In this document: one piece after another, positions 17,301 through 27,249 of the stretch | How positions within the stretch are numbered: the first letter of the stretch is position 1 | Layout of the letters: each line of letters starts with the position of its first letter | DNA from: Prorocentrum cordatum | Lineage: Eukaryota | Length of the DNA: 56,562 nucleotides | Assembly: GCA_963575745.1 (NCBI GenBank) | Contig: CAUYUJ010000086.1 | Coordinates: 62,001 to 118,562 of the forward strand | Direction: 5' to 3' | The notes under the pieces: generated by a model | Database searches by the model: none | What the model saw: only the letters and a program-made list of their open reading frames with translations | Told to the model about the DNA's origin: nothing | Position numbers and translations under genes: made by a program

Positions 17301-19227
17301 CTACCCGACGCCCTCGACGCCCAACCCGACGCGCTACCCGACGCCCTACCCGACGCCCTACCCGACGCGCTACCCGACGCCCTACCCGACGCCCTACCCG
17401 ACGCGCTACCCGACGCCCTACCCGACGCCCTACCCGACGCCCAACCCGACGCGCTACCCGACAGCCAGTCCGACGGCCAGCCCTACGGCCAGCCCGACGG
17501 CCAGCCCGACTGCTAGCCCCACGGCCGGCCCAACTGCCAGCCCGACAGCCAGCCCGACGGCCAGCCCCACGGCCAGCCCTACGGCCAGCCCTACGGCCAG
17601 CCCGACGGCCAGCCCGTCGGCCAGTCCGACGGCCAGCCCGACGGCCAGCCCGACAGCCAGCCCAACTGCTGGCCCGACGCCAAGCCCGACGGTCTGCACA
17701 ACGGTTCAAGGTGGTTTTGCCCTCACCGTCCCCGACCCCGAAGAATTTGCAGAGAATTGTTCCAACGGTACAGACGTGCGAGTTGCTCTAGAAACGTCAA
17801 TCGCGACAATTTTCAATGGCACCGTCACCCCTGAGGACGTCTCGGTGTTTTGCGTCTTCGGGCAGCGTGTCGACGAGCACCGTACCAGCAACGTCACCAT
17901 TCAGTACGACATCGCCGCGCCTGTCGGACTCGTCGACTCGATTCGGGACAGCGCAGAAGTGCTTTTGGGCCCCCAGGCTTCCAGTCAGGGCTTGGCCAGA
18001 CTCGTCACCATCATCAGCGACGAGCTGTCCAGCACTGCGCCTGCCGCGGCCAGCAATGCCCCCACGGAGGCGTTCGGAGGCTCGGAAGAGATTGCGGTCG
18101 ATCACGCCGGAAATTGCACATCAAGCCCTGCAGCGAGCCCCGCGGCTGGCCCCACGGCCAGTCCGACGGCCAGCCCGACGCCCACGCCGACCCCCGCCCC
18201 GACGGCCCCCCCGATGGTCCAGGGCGAGTTCGCTGTGACGGTGCCCGACCCCGAGAAGTTTGCGTCAGATTGTTCCAGCAGCGCAGACATGCGGGAGGCT
18301 CTTCAATCATCGATCGCGAGTTACATGAACGGTACCGTAGCCCCTGAAGACGTCGCGGTGTTCTGCAGCATTGACAGTGGTAGCCGTCTTGACGCCACCG
18401 TCGAGTACGAGGCCACGCGCCGCTCGCTGGCCGGCAACGTCACCATCGACTACCGCATTGTCGTGCTGGAAGAGACGGCCCATTCGGTTCAGGACAGCGC
18501 GACAGAGCTGTTGAGCTCCCAGGCTTCTGGTCAAGACCTGGCCAGGCTTGCTGCCCTTATCAGCAGCGCGCTCTCCGCCACTGCGCCCGGCGCGTCCGGC
18601 AACGCTCCCCTGCAAGCCATCGGAGGCCCGGCGGCCCTAGCCGTCATCTCAACGCAGCCACCGACGCCGCGTCCGACGCCTCTCTCGACGCCGGGCCCCA
18701 CGGCTTCCCCGGGGCCCGTTCCACCGTTGGCTGTCTCCAGCGGCGCCATGACTGCCACAGGGGACCCACACCTACGAAACATCTACGGCGAGCGTTTCGA
18801 CCTGAGGAGGCCTGGCAAGCACACACTGGTCAACATTCCAAAGGGGGAGCGCGCTGAGAGAGCCCTGCTTCATGTAGAGGCTGAAGCGGTGCAAATGGGT
18901 ATGCAGTGCGCAGACTTGTACTTCCGAGAATTGAACATGACAGGGGTGTGGGTAGAGGCTACGTGGTCTGGCGGTCTTCACTTTCACGCCCTGGATGTGA
19001 GCTACGGAACATCGAAGTGGAAACATGTTGGGAAGGTAGATGTAAAGGTGGCTCATGGGCGCACGAGGGAGGGGATCCAGTACCTGAATGTTTACATCAA
19101 GCATCTCGACCGTGCTGGGTTTGCGGTAGGGGGTTTATTGGGTGAAGATGATCATACGCAGGCGACAATGGCTTCCCGTGCATGTGTTCAGCGTCACAGC
19201 GTGTCCCTTCTTGACTTCAGTCGTTGA
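14308..19227 (+). CDS. Secreted/cell-surface mucin-like protein (1639 aa): signal peptide, Cys-rich module, SPRY/B30.2-like domain, PTAS/PTPY repeats, three related spacer domains, C-terminal GDPH (vWD-like) domain
   Basis: Uninterrupted ORF with a hydrophobic N-terminus (MRWAKHIAIMLSIFSHAGSL). SPRY-like segment VAFGVV...GDVIRVQIDMSLATMTVAVNG. Long PT repeats. The DPEEF/DPEKF...C module occurs three times. ATGDPHLRNIYGERFDL near the C-terminus. Confidence 0.85.
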   Translation: MRWAKHIAIMLSIFSHAGSLQLNADDKSGDADGKGAERTNASTFPLISPVIYPFDPNNLEDRYILPAQQNIVDLGYGGSCERGWYDVQGQGICNDYCRWVGNCGCGGSCSRFDCALAGSSSIYTGNDYGWARGSQCPHQGAETRVLTVTGQVGPSSAMLSQYNNVRAVLHRSDFTLWIFAVYHGGYTKMVGVTIVNGVETGSRSARYVSGYHSLTRASISSLWDSGTTMAYSCGEGYCLHYVHIDPSAAWTLTQAVRVGNTIRKISSGSAYDASASAHGIVSVSIQAEETWAHKRVGLTADLTDNSKYPNGAYIGLFPAGRVYIPGRADSTYTTHDVFRFQWEANMIVVYKNGVRLHSWSVASPPRGVLLYFYEYGASLQVFTSPVSLWQPDNTWYVVDGSTVTRSAASSWLWRTIAFGPWIESGTYTASFAYVASSHGCTQSPGCSVAFGVVFEGYDLGQSGCYHSSVDGYNCQSGRGLQLLGNKWGQSSWQGCSNHGIQVGDVIRVQIDMSLATMTVAVNGVNCPPFQSLPSQVRLAVSTERDGDIVAALLTSSISTTPSPTASPTASPTASPSASPTASPTASPTASPTASPTASPTANPTPSPTPNPTPSPTPTPTPSPTPNPTRYPTPYPTPNPTRYPTPYPTPYPTPNPTRYPTPYPTPYPTRYPTPYPTPYPTPNPTRYPTPYPTPKPTASPTASPTASPTASPTASPTAIPTASPTPAPTAPPAVYGELSATVLDPEEFVANCTNNPDIQASIATYLDGELGSTVDPQAINVFCKLVDGNVTLGYEVEASSFDDTLQDIGAALAGIVAGGVGAALLSLSGAMFAGAAPALGGLGSLFGQFFQGNSPPAPSPPSYAPRRRRSTPRRRRSTPSPTASPTASPTRNPTRSPTASPTASPTASPTASPTAGPTASPTASPTASPTASPTASPTASPTASPTASPTASPTASPTASPTASPTASPTASPTPRPTPHPTRFPTRSPTPHPTRFPTRYPTPSTPNPTRYPTPYPTPYPTRYPTPYPTPYPTRYPTPYPTPYPTPNPTRYPTASPTASPTASPTASPTASPTAGPTASPTASPTASPTASPTASPTASPTASPSASPTASPTASPTASPTAGPTPSPTVCTTVQGGFALTVPDPEEFAENCSNGTDVRVALETSIATIFNGTVTPEDVSVFCVFGQRVDEHRTSNVTIQYDIAAPVGLVDSIRDSAEVLLGPQASSQGLARLVTIISDELSSTAPAAASNAPTEAFGGSEEIAVDHAGNCTSSPAASPAAGPTASPTASPTPTPTPAPTAPPMVQGEFAVTVPDPEKFASDCSSSADMREALQSSIASYMNGTVAPEDVAVFCSIDSGSRLDATVEYEATRRSLAGNVTIDYRIVVLEETAHSVQDSATELLSSQASGQDLARLAALISSALSATAPGASGNAPLQAIGGPAALAVISTQPPTPRPTPLSTPGPTASPGPVPPLAVSSGAMTATGDPHLRNIYGERFDLRRPGKHTLVNIPKGERAERALLHVEAEAVQMGMQCADLYFRELNMTGVWVEATWSGGLHFHALDVSYGTSKWKHVGKVDVKVAHGRTREGIQYLNVYIKHLDRAGFAVGGLLGEDDHTQATMASRACVQRHSVSLLDFSR

Positions 19228-19659
19228 GTGGGCAGTGCTTGCGCAGCCGCTGAATGGCAATTGCGCCTGCGAAAGAGGATGCAGCCAGACTCTAGGACTT
19301 GGAGCTGGGCTCATGGATCCTAGGCTTTAAGTCCACCGTAAGCGTGAGACGCGCCAAGCTGCGCAGGCGCTCATTACCCAGATGCATGGGCTCGTTCCAC
19401 GATTGTTGAGTGTGGGGGCCGAACGGTCTTACAGAGGACGGAGGATAGGAGGAGGGAACTGAGCTCGTTCAGTCTACTGGTTGCCCCTTGCCTGCCAGCG
19501 TGCCCTGGTCCAACGTGTTCGTCTGGACGTCTCAGGAGCGGTGACTGCTTTTGCCTTTTGCTGGAAGACGCACGAAAAAAAAAAGGTACCTACGATTCCA
19601 GACCGTGCTCCCGAACAGCCCGCCAAGAAGCCCCAGGAGACACGGGTGGCCTTTTCTCA

Positions 19660-20670
19660 AACGTTGTATCCTCAATCCTGGGGCTTCTCAGGGAGGTTCT
19701 CTTCTGCGCGTCGTTGTCCCCGGCTTACACCTCATCCCAATTCCGGGGGAGCTCCTCTCAAGCTTTTCATCCTAAGTATTTGCGCTCACTTGGAACCGCG
19801 TCATAAGTCCTTGAGCTTCTCTTTGAGTTTTGTTTATGTCCTTAGGCCCCTCTCGAACACCTTATCCTACGATCTTGGCCCACTGTCAGTTTGCTTGTTC
19901 CTATTATTGTCCGAGGGCTCCTCTCAAATAATCCTTCATGCTAAGTCAATGCACCTCTCCAGGAAGCCCGCTCCTTCGTTCTGCAGCCCGTGTCGGACAC
20001 CTGACCCTAAGGCCTCGTGCCGCTGTCGAACACATCCTGCGTCATGGGGTTTCGCTTAAACATATGTCCCGAAGTCCTCTCTCCGACGCTCCCCGCGGCC
20101 CCTGTCGCAAGCCTTCCCCGAAGTCTCTGTGGCCTCCGTCGAACACCTTGGCATAAGTCCTTGGGCTCCTCTTTTAGGTCCTGCAGCCCCTAGTGGGAAC
20201 TTTATTATCCCAAGTCCGTGGGCCTTGTCGAACATCTTGTCATTGTCCTTGGGCTCCTCCTGTCGAACACCTGATCCTGAGCCCATTGGCCCCAGTCGCA
20301 GCCTTCCCAGGAGTCCTTGGGCTTCATTTCCCAAGTCCTCGCGCCCCTGTCGAACACCTTATCTTAGTTCTGCGGGCTCCTCTCACGCACCTTGTCTTAA
20401 TTCCTTCGGCGTCTCCGGGAGGCCCTGTCGTACGTCCTGCGGCCCTTGTGGGAAACCTCATCCTGAGGGCACTTGTCCTTGCCGAAAACCTCATCCTAAG
20501 TCCTTGGGCTCCTGCCAAAAGCCCTATCCTCTGTCCTCGGGCTCCTTCAGGAGTGCCTCTCCTACGGTGTGCGGTTTCTTCTGGAAACCTCGAATCCTTG
20601 GGCCCGTGTCGAACGTTTTTTCTTGGTATACCACAACGCCACATTCTAAGTCTTTGGGCTCCTCCAGGAG
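19660..20670. repeat. Degenerate ~35-bp tandem repeat (GTCGAACACCTT..ATCCTAAGTCCTTGGGC)
   Basis: Recurring gtcgaacac / atcctaagtcc / ttgggctcc motifs. Confidence 0.7.
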
Positions 20671-21279
20671 GCCTTCGGCAACTGAAGACAGCCTCCGAAT
20701 CGCTCCCAACACGTTCTCGAATGCTCTCAGACAGCTCACGAGGCGGTTCAAACGGTCGAAGAGGATTCCAAGATGCCCCCGGAGCGCTCCAAGAGGATCT
20801 CCAAGAGAGCCCCGGGGAGCCAACACCGTCGCATTCCATTCGCAATCGTAACCGCAACCCCCGGCATACAGGAAAAACGCATCCCCCCTTAACCTTTGTA
20901 TCTCTTTCTCCATGGGGCTGCACGCGGTTCAATTGCCGCAGTAGGCGGGCAGGCCGCAGTGTATTGTCCATTCCAAAGTTCCTATCGTGTCTCTGACCTT
21001 CCTTTTATGCGTCGGGCCACGAGTCATCCTTCTTATAAGTTGATGAGAATGTCTCAGGGGTAATGCACTGTTTCGAAGATTGCGAAGGCCTTACGGCCGT
21101 TGCCGCCGACCCTGAATATGACGAAAGACAACACGAGGGGGGGGGGCACGAGGAGGAGGAGGAGGAGGAGGAGGCGGAAGGGAGTAGGAGGAGGAAGGGT
21201 GAAGGGGGAGGAGGAGGAGGCCTTATGGATGTTGGGTGGGATCTCGTGGTTGACCTCTCGGGGGCGTCTGGAAGGCAAC

Positions 21280-21890
21280 TTGAAGCCTCTTGGGGGCCGT
21301 TGTGGGGCCTCTTCGGGCCTCTTTTGGGCCTCTTGGGGCTTCCGGAGGCAGTCTTCGGCGCATCTTGGGGGCGTCTTGGCGCCGCTTGGGGGCCTCTTGG
21401 GGCCTTTTGGGGGCCTCTTGGGGCTTCCCGGGGGCCTCTTAGGGCGGAAGTCTCGAATTCTCGGTTCCTCGTCCCCCTCTTGGCCGTTTCTTGGGCCCGT
21501 CTTGGGGCCCTATTGGGCGCCTCTTGGGCGCCTCTTGGGCTGTCCTGGGACCTTCTTGGGCCGTCTTGGGGCCCTCTTGTAGGCCTCTTGGTGCGCTCTT
21601 GGGGGCCTCTTGGGGGCCTCTTGGGCCGTCTTGGAGTGTCGGGAAGCCGAAAAGGCGAGAAGGCCAAAATTATTCAAAAACCGATGTAAAATTGACGATT
21701 TTGGCTCCTGGGGCCCTCTTGGGAGTGCTCTTGGGGCTCTCTTGGAGCGTCTTGAGGGCCTCTTGGGCCGTCTTCGGGCCGTCTTGGGCGTCTTGGGGCG
21801 ATCGTCTTCGAGTCGAGGCCCTCTTGTACCCTTTTGGGGGTGTCTTCTGGCGCTCTTGGCTCGTCTTGAAGCTTTTCTGAGCTCCGGGAC
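21280..21890 (+). repeat. CTCTTGGG-family dispersed repeat, copy 3
   Basis: Same units as 640-1290, with an AT-rich core ending ttgacgattttggctcctgggccctcttggg. Confidence 0.7.
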
Positions 21891-21937
21891 CCCCCGGGGA
21901 GGATGCGGCGACCCCCCCCGGCGACCCCCCCCCCTCA

Positions 21938-22010
21938 CCCGTGAAAGGCCTCATCCCAGACCATTCGGCCTAGGAGCTCCATCTAGGCCACCTAGAGATC
22001 TAAAGATCTA
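21938..22010 (+). repeat. Left terminal inverted repeat (imperfect)
   Basis: cccgtgaaaggcctcatcccagaccattcggcctaggagctccatctaggccacctagagatctaaagatcta aligns with the reverse complement of 32289-32363, including an exact 13-mer ctaggccacctag. Confidence 0.6.
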
Positions 22011-22089
22011 GGTGGCCTGAATGCGCATCCAATCAACGTCGAAGGGTAGGCTCGAAGCAAACTAAACTACATACCCTCGTGCTCAATAT

Positions 22090-22350
22090 CAGCTTTCTCG
22101 ATCCCGAAAGACCCTAGGGGCAAAGCTCATGTTTGTGTTTGTCTTGTTCTGGGCAAGATCATTGGGTCTTCCCTGTGATAAGTTTGTGGTTCCACCGGCT
22201 TCGCGGATTAATCGTAATGGCCGCATGTCGGGTCTCGAGAAACATTTAGCTGCACAGAAGCACCAAAAAGGCTTTTGCCCACTACCAGGTTTCTGGCACT
22301 CAAAAAGCTTTAGTGGGCAAGAGATGTTTTTCGGTTGTTTTGGGGGTCGC
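22090..22350 (+). repeat. Diverged copy (~1.3 units) of the ~191-bp hairpin-containing repeat of 29620-30430, same orientation
   Basis: gtcgggtctcgagaaacatt...ttttgcccactaccaggtttctggcactcaaaaagctttagtgggcaagag matches the array unit. Confidence 0.8.
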
Positions 22351-22767
22351 CGGGACCGCCACAAGAACATTCCAACGTATGAAGATCTGGGTGCTTACCT
22401 TTATGGCATACTGGGGTACGCATCCGAGCTTCACCACTGACCACGGGCATTGTGCAAAACTTCTGGTAATAACAATGAGAAGTACGACATTCCCGATGCA
22501 TGGTTTCATTTTCTTTCGCAGCCCCAGTCGTACAACCTGACTGTACTAAGATAGTAAATGATACCTGCGGTGGCCGTGCAAAATGCTAGCGGTCGAGCAG
22601 AGTGATCATAAATCACCGTGCTCTCCTTATCACGTCCAGTCTTACTGTCTCCCGACTGAACAGTGCAGTCACAGAGGCGTGCGGCGGCGATGCCTAATAG
22701 CGGCGCAAGAGCAGGGCAATCTTACGGCGCTTCGTGCCTCGAAGCGCAAGATTCAGGGAACCGCGCC

Positions 22768-25380
22768 TCAGGCCTGGATCCCCGCGACCTCCTCGACCAC
22801 GGCGTGTACGGTGGAGGGTGCGGACTTCCTCGTCGACGTCGCCCTCTTCCTGTGCCCCCACGGCTTCTTCTTTGCAGGCATAGCCTTGCTCCACGCGGCT
22901 GCCCTCTTGTTTTTTCCCTCTTTCTGTTTCGCGGCCAAGCCGACGTCCACCTTGACGAGGGACTTCCTGAGTGCGCCGCGGTTGGGCCCATTTCCGTTGG
23001 GCACAGAACCGCTCGGGCCATCCTCTCCGATAGGCAGCGATCCGTCTGGCCCGATGCCGTCCCTGAGACCGCCAGCAGCGATCTGGCCGGCCAACATCTC
23101 TGCGAGCCGCAAGGGCGGAAGCCGCGTGCCGAGCGACTCGTGCTGGGCGGCATGGACGAGCATGCGGTAGAGGGCGTAGACCTCCTTGAGCACGTGGACG
23201 CGGTCTTCGTGCTGCTGCCACACGCACCACGCCCAGCGCTTCATGTTCCTTTGCTCGGCCTCGTTCTGGGGCGTGCCCTGGACGACCAATTGCCCGCGAG
23301 AGAGCTGGGCGAACACCGAATTGTTGCGCAAGTAGTAGTAGTTCTTCGTGGAGCTCGCGCTCTCCAAAACTTTTCGGAGCGGCACGCCTTTGGAATTCTT
23401 CCTGTCCATGATCTTCTCGTGCTTCTGGACTATGCGCCTCAACTCGGCCACGTACTCCGCGTGCGAGACGAAAGGCTCGTTGCAGAAATCCGCCCAGTCC
23501 TTGTCGGCACGCTCGCGCGCGGGCTGCGCGTCACCCCAGACCACCTCGGGCATCGGGAGGCCATGGTAGATCTCCCTCGTCAAGTACTCCTCGGGCACGC
23601 CGAGAGGACGGGAAAACTTCCTCGTGAGCTGCAGCAGCTCAAATGAGCAAGCCGTCCTCTTCCCGTCCGTGCACTGCTCGGCCCGCAAGGCAATGTGCAG
23701 TCTGTCCTGTGCCACGCCGAGACACCTCGGCAGATGCTCCAACATCTTCTCGCTCGGGGCGTCGGAGTAAAGCATCCGCACCTGCTCGACCGCAGCGGGG
23801 GTCAGCCGCTCCCTGACCGCTGCACCGAAGCTCTCCGTGCTCTCATCGGGCTGGACGCTGAATCCAGGGCAAGCTCCTGTCATCCCCATCAGAGTGTTGC
23901 CGACGTAGATCCCGCCTTTCTTCTGGTCCATTTTCTTCTGGCCGATGACCGAGAACAAGAACTTGAAGGTGCCATCGTGGGTCAGTGCCGTGAACTCGCC
24001 GCGGGCCACTTCCTCGCCCATGAGCCGTCGCACCGACAGCTGCGCCAGGCCGTCGGGGCGGCGGAACACGTGGTCCATGATCTCCCGCAAGAGCTGGGGG
24101 CGGCAGGCCAGGAAAGGCGACGTGCTTTCGCGGGACCACTGCCTGTGGAGATGGCCCATCACGCCATTCATCGCCCCGTGCGAGACCAAGGCCAGGCTGA
24201 TCAGGGAATCCTCGAAGCCTTTGGTGTACGAGATCTTGGCGTTAATGCGGACGCAGTCAATGCACTTGGCGCGCAACCAGTACCGCGGGCCCGCCTCTGT
24301 GAAGACGAAGACGAGGTGGGCTTCGTTGGAGTGGCGCGCAGCCTCCAGCGCTTCCGCTGGAGCGTCGCGATTCCATTCTCGAAGCAGACCGGCAGCGCGG
24401 GCCAGGTAGCCGCCGTCTTTCTGAGCCGCGCGGTTCAACACCGAGCAGACGCGGTCGAACCTGCACAGCGACATAGCGACCTTGAAGAGGGCATCGTCCT
24501 CCCGAGACGCGACGAACTTCGGCGGCCTGTGGTGCTTCTGGTGCTCGATGAGGTGCTCGCGGCGGCTGAACGATCGCCAAGGGCACAGGAGACAGCGGCA
24601 TTGAACGCGGGATCGACATCCACCGACCTCGACCTGGTAGTCCGCGGCCTCCTTTCCAAGCACGTTGCAGAACATCTCCATGCATGAGGGCTCGTCGGGT
24701 TCGTCGGCGTCCTCCTCGCAGTCGGACGGCAACCCCACGTCGACTCCGCCTGGTTCTGCGGCGGCGATCGGCAGCTGCACATCGACTGGCGGACTCGCAG
24801 AGGCGCCTGCTTGCAGGTCCATCAAAGCATCCGTGGAGCGGGCCATGCTGCCGCTAATGCGGAAGAGCACGGCCAGGCTTTTATCGGCCGCGCCCCCGAT
24901 CGCCCTGCAAAATTCGACCGCGCTAACCCTGCACTTGGACCGCCGTTCCTCGTGACCACAATGGGTGCCGATCAGATCGAACGTCTGCTCTGGTCCGTTC
25001 TCCCCCTGAACCACTGCCGACGCGCGGAGAAGCACGCAATGAGCCTCCCCGCCAGGCTCGCTGTGCAAGAGGTAGTCGCCTGCATCCAGGGCGCGGCCCG
25101 ATGCGAGCTGGAAGAGCACGTCCAGGACGCAGGCGCCGTGGAGCCTGATCTCGAAGTGCTGGGCGACCTCGCGATAGGAGCGCGAGTTTGCCTCTGGGGC
25201 TGGAAGGGGTGGCTTGCCGCGCCCGCAGGATGCGACCACTGCGGCCTGGATGCAATTGCCATCGGTGAAGTACGACGCCATCTGGTCGGGGCCCCCAGGC
25301 CCGTCGTCGACGGGCAGCTGCTGTCCGCTCGCCGCAAGTGTCTCAAGCAACGAGCGCTCCTTCTTCGCAGCGAGGTGCAT
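22768..25380 (-). CDS. C-terminal part of the fusion protein: OTU-like papain domain, C2H2 zinc finger, Mutator/MULE-like DDE transposase
   Basis: OTU-like: DGNCIQAAV (25252-25263) and AHCVLL (~25040). Finger: CLLCPW...HQKHH (~24530-24595). Transposase: THDGTFK (D1, 23962-23976), YSD (D2, ~23761), QDRLH (D/CxxH, ~23700), TPQNEAEQRNMK (E, ~23260), in MULE order. Confidence 0.7.
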   Translation of the reverse strand: MHLAAKKERSLLETLAASGQQLPVDDGPGGPDQMASYFTDGNCIQAAVVASCGRGKPPLPAPEANSRSYREVAQHFEIRLHGACVLDVLFQLASGRALDAGDYLLHSEPGGEAHCVLLRASAVVQGENGPEQTFDLIGTHCGHEERRSKCRVSAVEFCRAIGGAADKSLAVLFRISGSMARSTDALMDLQAGASASPPVDVQLPIAAAEPGGVDVGLPSDCEEDADEPDEPSCMEMFCNVLGKEAADYQVEVGGCRSRVQCRCLLCPWRSFSRREHLIEHQKHHRPPKFVASREDDALFKVAMSLCRFDRVCSVLNRAAQKDGGYLARAAGLLREWNRDAPAEALEAARHSNEAHLVFVFTEAGPRYWLRAKCIDCVRINAKISYTKGFEDSLISLALVSHGAMNGVMGHLHRQWSRESTSPFLACRPQLLREIMDHVFRRPDGLAQLSVRRLMGEEVARGEFTALTHDGTFKFLFSVIGQKKMDQKKGGIYVGNTLMGMTGACPGFSVQPDESTESFGAAVRERLTPAAVEQVRMLYSDAPSEKMLEHLPRCLGVAQDRLHIALRAEQCTDGKRTACSFELLQLTRKFSRPLGVPEEYLTREIYHGLPMPEVVWGDAQPARERADKDWADFCNEPFVSHAEYVAELRRIVQKHEKIMDRKNSKGVPLRKVLESASSTKNYYYLRNNSVFAQLSRGQLVVQGTPQNEAEQRNMKRWAWCVWQQHEDRVHVLKEVYALYRMLVHAAQHESLGTRLPPLRLAEMLAGQIAAGGLRDGIGPDGSLPIGEDGPSGSVPNGNGPNRGALRKSLVKVDVGLAAKQKEGKNKRAAAWSKAMPAKKKPWGHRKRATSTRKSAPSTVHAVVEEVAGIQA

Positions 25381-26100
25381 CTAGTAACCCGTCGCCTTGT
25401 GGACGTAGTTCTCAGCATCGGTGATGAAAGCGTGCGCGTCATCGAGCACGCCGACGTTCACCCCGATGCCGTCGAACTCCCAAGCGAGGTGGGACACCGC
25501 GCTGCCCCGCTTCTCCTGAACGAACTACACCAACGCCTCGGTGCAGGCGTCCTCCGCCCCTTCGAGGAGCCTCGACACGCACGTGAGCTCGGGGTTGTCC
25601 CTCTCGTCCTCGACGGCGGCCTTGAAAACGTCGGGCAGTGCAGACGATGCCGCCCAGCGGAGCACTCTCGCGTCCCGCCCCATGGCCTGGTACTGGTCGC
25701 CTGCATTCTTTTTGCCAAACAGGACGCTGAGCGCCAGGGTCTTCTTGGCGTCGATGTCGGGCCATGCGGCAACGGCCTCGATGGCGCGCCCTTGCTCCGA
25801 GGAGTGGCCGTTCAGATTTATCTTCATGCGCTTCATGACCTGGGGCGCGAGGGTCAGGAAACATTTGCGCCAGTCCAACTTCACGACGTCTGGCTGCACA
25901 ATAGTCTGGATCTGCTTGCTCAGGCTCTGCGACGCCGTGCCCTCTGCGCGTCTCCTGCTGCGCACGCGCAAGTCCCCGATGGCTGGGAAGTGGTACTTGA
26001 CCTGGAGAGCCCCATCGCCGCCCTCACGTTCCTCGAGCAACTGGTTAGCCGCCGCCCAGGTTGACTTGAGCGACTGCTCGTGTCGCGACCTCGCCTGAAA
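25381..26100 (-). pseudogene. TVpol / family-A-like polymerase domain, in frame with both neighbours and interrupted by TAG stops
   Basis: RRRAEGTASQSLSKQIQ (R..A.G.S.Q-like); KLDWRKCF (motif A Asp); AKKTLALSVLFG (motif B K...[YF]G); SRLLEGAED; LAWEFDGIGV (motif C hFDG, ~25478-25489). In-frame TAGs at 25525-25527 and 25381-25383. Confidence 0.65.
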
Positions 26101-27249
26101 TTATTCCAGGTCATCTTGCGAAGACCTGCTTTGCTTTCTGACGCCCGCCGCCCCTGCTTGCGCTGCCTCAAGATGCTTGATCAGCGCATGGTGGTTGCGC
26201 TTCCTCTCCGGGCACCTCGCGTAGTCCTTCAGGCGGTCCAAATTGAATTTCTCGGGGAAGACGGCCCCGATGGGAATCGCGAGGTTGTCAATGTCCGGGA
26301 ACAGTGCGCTGAGGTCGGCGTCGGCGCACAAGGCTGGATAGTAGTAGGGGACCTTGCGGCCCCATTGTCGCACTACGGGTTTCCACATGGCCGCGGCCTT
26401 CATGCGGTCCCAGGCATCCTTCGTGTCAGACTGCCGCCCCCCCTTGATGCAAGCCCCCGCCTTCGCGCGCTCTCGCTGGCTGTCCGTCATGCAGGTGTCC
26501 TCGTCGAGATGCATGACGGCAAGGAGCGTGGAAGCCCGAGAGAGTGGATCCGACGCGGCGTCCGCCTGGTCGCCGTGGCCACGAAGCCCGCCAGCCAGGC
26601 CAGCTCCGTCGCGGCCGTCCGACGCCCTGATGTCGTTCAGGAACTCTTCGTTCATTGCAGCGCGCGCTGGTGAGGGATTGTCCAGCTTGTCGTAGGCCGC
26701 GGACGCCGAGTACTTCTCGACGAGAGGCAGGATGCCTCGGGTCATGTGGATGAAGCCCGCCACGCCAGATGAGGCCCAGTCCTCCAGTTCGGGGTCAGCC
26801 AAGAAGAGGCCATGTTCAACCGAGACCAAGGCCGTGTTGCGAGCGAAGTCGCCCTCGAAGGCGATCAGCAGCAGACGGCGCCGCCAGGCGTGAAGCGCAT
26901 CATCGTCGCACTCGATGCGGAAAGCGTGATTCAACTCGATGACGAAGTCCGCGAACGTCCACGCGTAATGGCGCTCGTCCTCTGATTTCCCATGATTCTC
27001 ACGAACGAGCAGCTCTGCCCTGGCGAACAAATTCTTAGCCACGACCTCCTGGATCTTCTCGCCCTTCTGCACCTCCTGGAAGATGACGGCCATGGCGCCG
27101 ATGAGACGCTTTGCGGAGACCTGGAACTCCCTGTCTCTGGTGAGGAGGTACGTGCTGGCAAACTGCACCATGGTCTCGCCGAGCGCAGCCAAGGTCAGCT
27201 TCGACCGCAGCGACTTCCCGTTGCCACCTGAGGGAGGCGACCACATGAT
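26101..27249 (-). CDS. D5-family superfamily-3 helicase ATPase domain (start of exon 2 of the fusion)
   Basis: Walker A GGNGKS, Walker B AVIFQE, motif C VIELN, arginine finger WRRRLLLIAF. Ends at an in-frame TAA (26101-26103), beyond which the same frame continues. Confidence 0.8.
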   Translation of the reverse strand: MMWSPPSGGNGKSLRSKLTLAALGETMVQFASTYLLTRDREFQVSAKRLIGAMAVIFQEVQKGEKIQEVVAKNLFARAELLVRENHGKSEDERHYAWTFADFVIELNHAFRIECDDDALHAWRRRLLLIAFEGDFARNTALVSVEHGLFLADPELEDWASSGVAGFIHMTRGILPLVEKYSASAAYDKLDNPSPARAAMNEEFLNDIRASDGRDGAGLAGGLRGHGDQADAASDPLSRASTLLAVMHLDEDTCMTDSQRERAKAGACIKGGRQSDTKDAWDRMKAAAMWKPVVRQWGRKVPYYYPALCADADLSALFPDIDNLAIPIGAVFPEKFNLDRLKDYARCPERKRNHHALIKHLEAAQAGAAGVRKQSRSSQDDLE

